Positions 9,428-16,731 of a stretch of 64,000 nt of DNA are shown piece after piece (position 1 is the first letter of the stretch; the number at the start of each line of letters is the position of its first letter). The notes below the pieces were generated by a model that was given only the letters and a program-made list of their open reading frames with translations, searched no databases and had not been told where the DNA came from. The DNA is from Paludibacteraceae bacterium (GTDB lineage Bacteria > Bacteroidota > Bacteroidia > Bacteroidales > Paludibacteraceae), in the NCBI GenBank assembly GCA_905234835.1, contig CAJOIZ010000006.1, positions 10,345 through 74,344 on the forward strand, given 5' to 3'. A program made the translations under genes and the position numbers.

Positions 9428-11941
9428 ATGAATATATCTTACAAATGGCTGCGTCAGTACATTGACACACAGGATGACGCACAGACAGTTGCCCGTATCC
9501 TCACCGACATCGGTCTGGAAGTGGGCACAGTGGAAACAGTAGAGACCATACGCGGCGGACTGCGGGGCGTGAAGGTAGGCCAGGTGATGACCTGCGAGGC
9601 GCACCCCAACAGCGACCACCTGCACATCTGCCAGGTGGACCTGGGGGACGGGCAATTGACGCAGATTGTGTGCGGCGCGCCCAACGTGGCAGCCGGTCAG
9701 AAAGTGCTGGTGGCCACTATCGGCACAACGCTGTATCAAGGCGACGAGTCGCTGACGATAAAGAAAGGCAAACTTCGCGGCGTGGAATCGTTAGGAATGA
9801 TCTGCGCGGAGGACGAACTGGGTGTAGGCACAAGCCACGACGGCATTATGGTGTTACCCGCAGACACACCCGTAGGTATGGATGCCCGCGACTATTTCCA
9901 CATCGAGGATGATACGCTCATCGAGGTGGATATAACGCCCAATCGCAACGATGGTGCCTCGCATTACGGAGTGGCTCGTGACCTCTATGCTTACTACAAA
10001 GCACACGAAGACGAACTGTCCTTTCCATGTCCTGCTCTCCGTCTGCCGGACGTAAGCGGCTTCAAGGTGCAAAGCCACGACCTGCCCATAGAGGTGACGG
10101 TAGAAGATACGGAAGCATGTCCGCGCTATACGGGCGTGAGCATACGGGGCGTGACCGTCCAAGAGTCGCCCAAGTGGCTGCAAGACAGGCTGCAAAGCAT
10201 CGGATTGAGGAGCATCAACAACGTGGTGGACGTGACCAACTTCGTGCTGATGGAACTCGGCCAGGCGCTGCACGCCTTTGACGCGGACAAGATCGGCGGA
10301 CAGCATATCATCGTGCGCAAGGGCAAAGAGGGTACGCCTTTCGTCACACTGGACGGCATCGAGCGCAAACTGAGCGGCAACGACCTGATGATATGCGACG
10401 CGGAGCGTGAGATGTGCATCGCGGGCGTGTTCGGCGGACTGGATACAGGCGTGAGCGAGACGACCAAGAACGTCTTTCTGGAGAGCGCGAACTTCAACCC
10501 GGTCAGCATCCGCAAGACCGCCCGCCGCCACGGACTGAGCACGGACGCATCGTTCCGCTACGAGCGCGGCTGCGACCCGAACTTCACGATGTACGTACTC
10601 AAACGCGCCGCGCTGCTCATACAGGAAGTGGCGGGCGGAGAAGTGGCGATGGAGGTGGCTGACATCGTGAACGGCAGACAGAACACGGAGGAGCAGCCCT
10701 TCCCGCTGTGGCAGGTGGAGATGAACCTCAACCGCGTGGAAAACCTGATTGGCAAACAATTAGGTGCTGCTACCGTTGAGAAGATTCTTACCGCATTAGA
10801 GATACGCTTCACCAAAAAAGGGGCGGACTACCGTCTCGAAGTACCCCGCTACCGCGTGGACGTACAGCGCGAATGCGATGTGGCAGAGGATATCCTGCGC
10901 ATCTACGGCTACAACAACGTGGCGTTCCCGGAGAAAGTGAACACCTCGCTCAGTTACAGCACGCACCCCGATTCGGAGGCGCTGAAACGCCGCTTGAGCG
11001 AACAACTCACCGCACAGGGCTTCAGCGAGATAATGAACAACTCGCTCACCAAAGTAAGTTACTATGAGCGCGGCACATGGCTTGACAGTTGCGTGAAGGT
11101 GAAGAACCCGCTGTCAAGCGACCTCGGCGTGATGCGCCAGACGCTGCTCTTCGGCGGACTGGAGTCAATCCAGCGCAACGTGAACCGCAAGATGAGCGAC
11201 CTGCGGCTGTACGAGTTCGGCAACTGCTACATCTACAACCCCGCCGCCGTGAAGGACGAGCCGATACAGGCGTATTCGGAGAACCTGCACCTCGGTCTGT
11301 GGCTGACCGGCAACAAGTCGGCGCAGTCATGGGTGAGAAAGAGCGAGCAGAGCAGTTTCTACCAGCTGCACGCCTACGTGAACAACCTGCTGCTGCGCCT
11401 CGGCATCGACCCGGTGAGCCTCGTCCTCGAACCCGCCATCGACCCCGAAGGGGACAAGTGCTGCGGCATCGTGGAGTGTTTCGCCGACGGACTGGTCATC
11501 AAGACCCGCCAGGGGATGTCGCTCGGCTATATGGCCGCCGTCAGCCGCCAGCTGCTGCGTGAGTTTGACATTGACCAGAATGTGTATTTCGCCGACCTCT
11601 ACTGGCCCTGTCTGATGGCGATGAACAAGCAGTACAAGCCCGTCATCAATGACCTGCCCAAGTACCCGTCCGTCAAGAGGGATCTGGCATTGCTGATAGA
11701 CAAGGGTATTTGTTTCGCCGACCTTGAGAAAGCCGCCTTCCAGACGGAGAGGAAGCTGCTGCGCGAGGTGACGCTCTTCGACGTGTATGAGGGGAAGAAC
11801 CTGGAGGAAGGCAAGAAGAGTTACGCGCTGTCGTTCATCCTGCAGGACAAGGACAACACGCTCAAGGACCAGCAGATCGAGCATATTATGTCCCGCCTGC
11901 AGAAGACTTTCGAGGAACAATTCGGTGCCAGACTGAGATAA
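9428..11941 (+). CDS. pheT: phenylalanine--tRNA ligase beta subunit
   Basis: The protein is 837 aa with N-terminal 'MNISYKWLRQYI', a tRNA-binding domain, and B3/4, B5 and FDX-ACB-like C-terminal regions. Confidence 0.95.
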   Translation: MNISYKWLRQYIDTQDDAQTVARILTDIGLEVGTVETVETIRGGLRGVKVGQVMTCEAHPNSDHLHICQVDLGDGQLTQIVCGAPNVAAGQKVLVATIGTTLYQGDESLTIKKGKLRGVESLGMICAEDELGVGTSHDGIMVLPADTPVGMDARDYFHIEDDTLIEVDITPNRNDGASHYGVARDLYAYYKAHEDELSFPCPALRLPDVSGFKVQSHDLPIEVTVEDTEACPRYTGVSIRGVTVQESPKWLQDRLQSIGLRSINNVVDVTNFVLMELGQALHAFDADKIGGQHIIVRKGKEGTPFVTLDGIERKLSGNDLMICDAEREMCIAGVFGGLDTGVSETTKNVFLESANFNPVSIRKTARRHGLSTDASFRYERGCDPNFTMYVLKRAALLIQEVAGGEVAMEVADIVNGRQNTEEQPFPLWQVEMNLNRVENLIGKQLGAATVEKILTALEIRFTKKGADYRLEVPRYRVDVQRECDVAEDILRIYGYNNVAFPEKVNTSLSYSTHPDSEALKRRLSEQLTAQGFSEIMNNSLTKVSYYERGTWLDSCVKVKNPLSSDLGVMRQTLLFGGLESIQRNVNRKMSDLRLYEFGNCYIYNPAAVKDEPIQAYSENLHLGLWLTGNKSAQSWVRKSEQSSFYQLHAYVNNLLLRLGIDPVSLVLEPAIDPEGDKCCGIVECFADGLVIKTRQGMSLGYMAAVSRQLLREFDIDQNVYFADLYWPCLMAMNKQYKPVINDLPKYPSVKRDLALLIDKGICFADLEKAAFQTERKLLREVTLFDVYEGKNLEEGKKSYALSFILQDKDNTLKDQQIEHIMSRLQKTFEEQFGARLR

Positions 11942-12019
11942 CGGCAAGACAATAGACACATAACCTCTTGTCTTTATCCGCAAAAGAAGCACTTATGCAG
12001 CCGCATTGCAGCAAGCTGC

Positions 12020-12063
12020 CTTATGTGATTCTTATGTGATTTATATGTCATTTATATGTTAGT
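12020..12063. repeat. tandem 11-nt array (cttatgtgatt x2, tatatgtcatt-like x2)
   Basis: Counted by hand, immediately downstream of pheT. Confidence 0.85.
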
Positions 12064-12135
12064 CCGCAGACCACACCGATACATCACCGTAGGAACAGTG
12101 GACAAAAACCGTCACCATTCAAAAAACATACCATT

Positions 12136-12696
12136 ATGGCAGAAGTGAAACTGCAGATTCCCTTCGATGAAATTCACGGAGCGATTGAGAAGCACGGCAT
12201 TATCAGCCGCCAGAAAAAGTACCGCGATGACAGCGGCAGAGTCATTTTTGAGGGAAAGCAGGAGGCATACGCTGTCCGCCGCCCCCGCGACTTCAAGAAA
12301 GACCCGCCGAAGGGGGAGGAACTGAAGCATCAGAACCGCTGGAAAGAGGCGTGTCACCGTGCCGCGCAGATACTACAAGCCGGACAGCCGAAGAGCGTAA
12401 AAGGCACCTGCCAAGACCCTGACCTCACACCCGAGGTACGCCGCTCCAAAGCCGAGGTGGAGCGCGTCTTCAAAGCGACAAGCCATATCCCTAACTACTA
12501 CTCGCCCGAAGAAGCCTTGCAACTTTACAAGGCCTTCAAGTCGCGTTATGAGAAGCAGATCCCGAACATCCGTGGCAAACGCCCTGACCCGCAGGCGCCG
12601 ATAGACCCCCTCACCCGTCGTCCCAAGCGTTACCATCTCTTCCCCGCCTTCCTCCGTGCCATGCTCTATATCGAACTGAAAGCGCAAAATCTTTGA
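12136..12696 (+). CDS. hypothetical basic protein
   Basis: ATG start, 186 aa, rich in Lys, Arg and Pro, with host-like GC. I do not recognise a domain. Confidence 0.5.
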   Translation: MAEVKLQIPFDEIHGAIEKHGIISRQKKYRDDSGRVIFEGKQEAYAVRRPRDFKKDPPKGEELKHQNRWKEACHRAAQILQAGQPKSVKGTCQDPDLTPEVRRSKAEVERVFKATSHIPNYYSPEEALQLYKAFKSRYEKQIPNIRGKRPDPQAPIDPLTRRPKRYHLFPAFLRAMLYIELKAQNL

Positions 12697-12766
12697 AACC
12701 GCCTGCTGTTCTGCTGCTGTTCACACAAAAATGCGGGAAACATCTTGTAATCTCCGCAAAAAGCAG

Positions 12767-12774
12767 TATCTTTG
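12767..12774 (+). promoter_or_regulatory. candidate -7 box TAnnTTTG (TATCTTTG)
   Basis: It lies 25 nt upstream of the ATG at 12799. The TTG start at 12772 in the ORF track sits inside this box, so 12799 is the preferred start. Confidence 0.5.
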
Positions 12775-12798
12775 CCGAAAGTTGAAATATCATTAGAT

Positions 12799-13452
12799 AT
12801 GGATTTATCATCACTCATAAGACAATACTTCCCCACGTATGACAATGATGTCACGATTGATGTGTTTGACGAGAAAAACATTTACGACGTTTATCATCGT
12901 GTCGTGAGTGTCTTGACACAACATCTGGACATCGAGACTACGGTGTTAGAAGCGATGAGTTATTGCTTTTATGAGATATTGGACAACGTGCTAATCCATT
13001 CCGGCAAGGAACTCGGCACCGTTATTACGCAATATGACCCGAAAGATCATGTACTTGGCTTCTTAATAGCGGATGACGGAATAGGTGTACAGGCTTCGCT
13101 CGCCGGGAACGAGAAGTATGCCAATATCTCAGAGCCGGAAGCACTGAAGATTTGCATCGAAGATACCGTTACGGACGGCAAGGGAATGGGATTTGGTCTG
13201 TATTCAACTTTCAGGCTCAATAGTAAAGCAGGTTTGTTATTAGAAGTACGTTCCGGCAGCCACACAATGCAAGTGAAGAACGGGGAGGTAACAGCAATAG
13301 AGACTGAACCTTGGCAAGGGACTATTGTATATATGCAGTTACAAACAGATAAGGAGATTGACCCTGCCGAAGTGGTTGCAAACCGCACAAACGTAGCAGA
13401 GCAATATAAAGAAGCATTCTTAAACGACAATGAATTAGAGCAATTATGGTAA
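12799..13452 (+). CDS. GHKL (Bergerat-fold) ATPase / SpoIIAB-RsbW-like putative Ser kinase
   Basis: N-box 'YEILDNVLIHSG', G1 'IADDGIGV' and G2 'DGKGMGFGLYS'. There is no DHp domain, TM segment or receiver domain. Confidence 0.7.
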   Translation: MDLSSLIRQYFPTYDNDVTIDVFDEKNIYDVYHRVVSVLTQHLDIETTVLEAMSYCFYEILDNVLIHSGKELGTVITQYDPKDHVLGFLIADDGIGVQASLAGNEKYANISEPEALKICIEDTVTDGKGMGFGLYSTFRLNSKAGLLLEVRSGSHTMQVKNGEVTAIETEPWQGTIVYMQLQTDKEIDPAEVVANRTNVAEQYKEAFLNDNELEQLW

Positions 13453-13736
13453 CATTCTGTTTTAGGGAATATGGAGAGAATCTTGGCACACGTCCTTTAG
13501 GGAAACGTGTCCGTGAACAATTGATGCCGTTGCTGGAACAGGACGAGCGTGTCGTTCTTGATTTCACGGGGGTTAATGTTGTAAGCAATTCATTCGCAGA
13601 TGAGTGTATTGCTAAGTTACTTCTTACCATGCCGCTTGCTGATTTAAAGGCGCGCACTACTTTCCGTGGACTAAACCCGGTTGCATCTGAAAGCGTCTTA
13701 ACGGCGCTTCAACGCCGTCATTTAACTATGGCGTAA
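13446..13736 (+). CDS. STAS-like (DUF4325-type) protein
   Basis: The start ATG overlaps the upstream stop (ATGGTAA, 13446-13452). 'RVVLDFTGVNVVSNSFADECIAKLL' resembles the STAS anti-anti-sigma loop. Confidence 0.6.
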   Translation: MVTFCFREYGENLGTRPLGKRVREQLMPLLEQDERVVLDFTGVNVVSNSFADECIAKLLLTMPLADLKARTTFRGLNPVASESVLTALQRRHLTMA

Positions 13737-13969
13737 AGAAATATCGTCCCTCTCCACGACGTTAAACCGGAGTAAGCGCAAGGCGTTGCGCGATGACATA
13801 TTTATAATAAGCGTTTGCTTTATTTGAGAATTCGTTCATACTACAACATTGAGAACCATCTTTCCAAGAATAAAGCAACACGCATACGTTTATGACATGG
13901 GCTTTCTGCATATAATGGACACTATGGGGGAGTCCAAGTTTACAAGCAGAACTATCATACTTTTTTTTA

Positions 13970-14861
13970 ATGGATTCAAAACGCTGTAAAATGTCTAAAA
14001 TAATAATCCCTGAACTAAAGAGATTTGGTTATTCAAGCATGAATACGATAAAAGCTTTCTTGCTATTGTATGGATATGAAGTGGGAAGGTTAAAACTCAA
14101 ATACCCGACCAATGATATTAACAACCCACCTGAGTATAAAACTTTTATCATAGACAAGCTGATGCATGTTGTTAGCACATATATAATGGTGGTTGAAGAA
14201 TGTCACGATTATGCAACAGCATGTACTATCGTCCGAACCCTAATTGATAGTGTTTCCGCATATCATCTTATTTATCATTCTGAAACAAATGATGAAATGC
14301 TATTAAGACATTACTTGTACATATTAGATGGCACCTCTCAAAAATTAGAGATATTAAAAAGACGCTCGCTACATATAACAGAAAAGATAACACCACAAGA
14401 ATACCAAGAACTTTCAGATCAACTGTCATTTACGAAGAACAACATAATGCGTGATCAAGATGTATGTGTTAGAAATATAAAGAGTTTAAGTATATACAAA
14501 TCGCATCAACAAGCCATTGATACATTCATTAAAGATTGTAATTGGAAATACATTAGTATCGAAGAAATAAATCATAAGCTGGACTCAAATACAAGCCTTG
14601 TTCCCTACCGAACAAAAAAAACTATACTCTGATCTTTGTGCCTACTTATCACATTTCGTACATGGATTGAGTATGAGTAATTTAGTTTTCGACACGGAAG
14701 ATAAAGATTTATACGAACCTTTATCGGCGAATGTTGCAATAGTATTAAATTTTATGCATGAATCCATGATAAACGATTTTGACGTAGATAGAAATTTTCT
14801 AATCAATGGCTTTCTAAAATCCCCGAATTTCCAAGCTTATTGCTCATATTTAACAGATTAA
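13970..14861 (+). pseudogene. hypothetical ~296-aa gene split by a frameshift at an A8 tract (ORFs 13970-14632 and 14598-14861)
   Basis: The two ORFs overlap around the poly(A) at 14614-14621. Removing one A joins '...VPYRTKK' to 'LYSDLCAYLSHFVHG...'. The region is AT-rich. Confidence 0.55.
14614..14621 (+). repeat. homopolymer A8 at the frameshift site
   Basis: Read directly from the sequence: gaac-aaaaaaaa-ctat. Confidence 0.9.
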
Positions 14862-14871
14862 TTTTTTCAAC

Positions 14872-16098
14872 ATGAAAAAGATTTTCACATTTATCGCATG
14901 GACGGCTTTTGTAGCATTTTCTCATGCAGCTATCGTAGAAGGGACATGTGGTGATAACTTAACTTGGTCTCTTAACACCAAAGATAGCACTCTAACTATT
15001 AAAGGATGTGGGGTAATGACCTCGCACCCTTGGTCTGAATATCATTCATATATTGCATATATATCTTTGCAAGAGGGTATTGAAGGATTCGAGGCTTCCG
15101 CATTTCAGGGATGTGAAAATATAAAAAATATAGTTATTCCCAATAGTATAAAATCGCTTAGTTATCGGCTTTTTTATAATTGTGAAAATCTCGTTTCTGT
15201 AAGTTTAGGAAATGGAGTTACTTATATTGGTGAGGGGGCTTTCTTTAATTGTAAAAGTTTATCAAAAATACATTTGCCTATTGGTCTTACTGCTCTTGGT
15301 CAAGATGTATTTTATAACTGTAAAAAACTAACTTCAATAAATATCCCCTACACCCTAACTAAAATTGGAAAAAGAGCATTCTTAGATTGTCCTATATCTA
15401 CTATTTATTTCAATGGAACCCTTGAACAATGGTTTAATAAAAAGTGGAACGCATATGCTTGTTTTGGATTATACACATTGGTAATTGATGATGAAATTAT
15501 TTCAAAAATTACAATTCCAAATAGTATTGCGAGAATAGATGCTAATGTGTTTTATAATTGCAAAAGTTTAACCTCTGTAACTATGCACGATAATGTAAAT
15601 TATATAGGTCCTAATTCTTTTTACAAATGTCCTATCACTAGGTTGTATGTTTTTGCACAAAATCCACCTAATGGAGGAGCTTCTTCTGGAATAGAAAAAT
15701 CAGATTGCACACTTTATGTCCCTAAAGAAAGTATTGAGATATACTCGAATACGATTTGGTGGGAGGACTTTAAAAATATTCGTACTATTGGTAGTTATTA
15801 TATCGTGAAATTTGTAGATTGGGATGGGACGGTTCTTTCTTCAGATGCAGTAGAGGAAGGCTCTACTGCAACACCTCCTGCTGACCCCGCACGACAGGGT
15901 TATACCTTTACAGGTTGGGACAAAAACTTCAGTAACGTACAATCTGATTTAACTGTTACAGCGCAGTATACACAAATACTGGCAATAGATGAAATATTCG
16001 TGGATAGCGATGCTCTGCAAAAGATTCTCCTCAACGGTCAACTCTACATCCTCCGTGGTGACAAGACTTATACGATTACAGGTGTAGAAGTCAAATAA
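14872..16098 (+). CDS. secreted BspA-type leucine-rich-repeat protein with one Listeria-Bacteroides repeat and a short conserved C-terminal tail
   Basis: Signal peptide 'MKKIFTFIAWTAFVAFSHA'. Repeated 'I.IP.SV..IG..AF..C..L' LRR units, the cap 'TLYVPKESIEIYSNTIWWEDFKNI', and 'GYTFTGWDKNFSNVQSDLTVTAQY'. Confidence 0.8.
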   Translation: MKKIFTFIAWTAFVAFSHAAIVEGTCGDNLTWSLNTKDSTLTIKGCGVMTSHPWSEYHSYIAYISLQEGIEGFEASAFQGCENIKNIVIPNSIKSLSYRLFYNCENLVSVSLGNGVTYIGEGAFFNCKSLSKIHLPIGLTALGQDVFYNCKKLTSINIPYTLTKIGKRAFLDCPISTIYFNGTLEQWFNKKWNAYACFGLYTLVIDDEIISKITIPNSIARIDANVFYNCKSLTSVTMHDNVNYIGPNSFYKCPITRLYVFAQNPPNGGASSGIEKSDCTLYVPKESIEIYSNTIWWEDFKNIRTIGSYYIVKFVDWDGTVLSSDAVEEGSTATPPADPARQGYTFTGWDKNFSNVQSDLTVTAQYTQILAIDEIFVDSDALQKILLNGQLYILRGDKTYTITGVEVK

Positions 16099-16263
16099 TT
16101 GTATGTCGCCATCGTCTCCTCCGGAATCGTTGTCTGTTAGGTCGGATATTATCCGACACGGCTCTGCCGTTCTCTTCTTGTCCGTTTCCGGCGTTTGGCA
16201 TACCTGAAACCGCCTCATTAGCACAAAAAGCATATTTCTTTTGGCTGTATGCCGAAATAAGTG

Positions 16264-16271
16264 TACTTTTG
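16264..16271 (+). promoter_or_regulatory. candidate -7 box TAnnTTTG (TACTTTTG)
   Basis: It lies 20 nt upstream of the ATG at 16291. Confidence 0.45.
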
Positions 16272-16290
16272 CACTCCAAAACCATACGGT

Positions 16291-16613
16291 ATGGAAAACC
16301 AGAACATCGAATATAAATCCCAGTGGAAAGACGAATTTCTGAAAGAGATTTGCGCTTTCGCCAACGTGCAAGGAAAGTGACAGAGACCGGCATCTGGACG
16401 ACATTCCACTTCAAGACTACCCAAAAGACTATCTTGGATTATCTTGCAGCCAATCCGACTGCCACAAGAGATGAGATAGCGGCATATTCAGGCATAACAT
16501 CCGATGGAATAAAGTATCATCTTAACAAACTTCAGAAGCAGGGATTATTAGCCCGACAGGGAGGCAGAAAAGAGGGCGTTTGGATTGTAATTCAAAATAA
16601 TACATCAGAATAG
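16291..16613 (+). pseudogene. remnant of an AlbA_2/Schlafen-type ATP-binding transcriptional regulator (N-terminal 29 codons, stop, then an out-of-frame C-terminal wHTH)
   Basis: 'MENQNIEYKSQWKDEFLKEICAFANVQGK*' (16291-16380) is the typical AlbA_2 N-terminus. The ORF at 16323-16613 ends in the wHTH tail 'ILDYLAANPTATRDEIAAYSGITSDGIKYHLNKLQKQGLL'. The ~350-aa middle part is missing. Confidence 0.55.
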
Positions 16614-16731
16614 CAAGGTTAACACCACAAAGGAACAGACTGAAACACATTAAAGGGATGTATCACCCCATGACAAGTACTATGGCAGACGAATCTGTCA
16701 TAAAAATCAAGGATATAACAAGAATCACAAT

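Noticed and set aside
8786-9739. A 317-aa ORF on the minus strand, plus several 80-120-aa Arg/Pro-rich ORFs between 8100 and 9050.
   Set aside because: They lie entirely antisense or out of frame within the GT3 glycogen synthase and pheT genes, which have clear family signatures. The Arg/His/Pro-rich composition is typical of shadow ORFs in GC-rich coding DNA.
12772-12798. A TTG start at 12772 for the GHKL ATPase ORF (from the ORF track).
   Set aside because: The TTG is part of the TATCTTTG promoter-like box (12767-12774). The first ATG at 12799 is the more plausible start.
13776-13791. The hairpin gcgcaa-ggcg-ttgcgc downstream of the STAS-like gene, and gtcgga-tatta-tccgac at 16141-16157 downstream of the LRR gene, as intrinsic terminators.
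   Set aside because: The stems are short (6 bp) and are not followed by a T-tract. The evidence is too weak to annotate.
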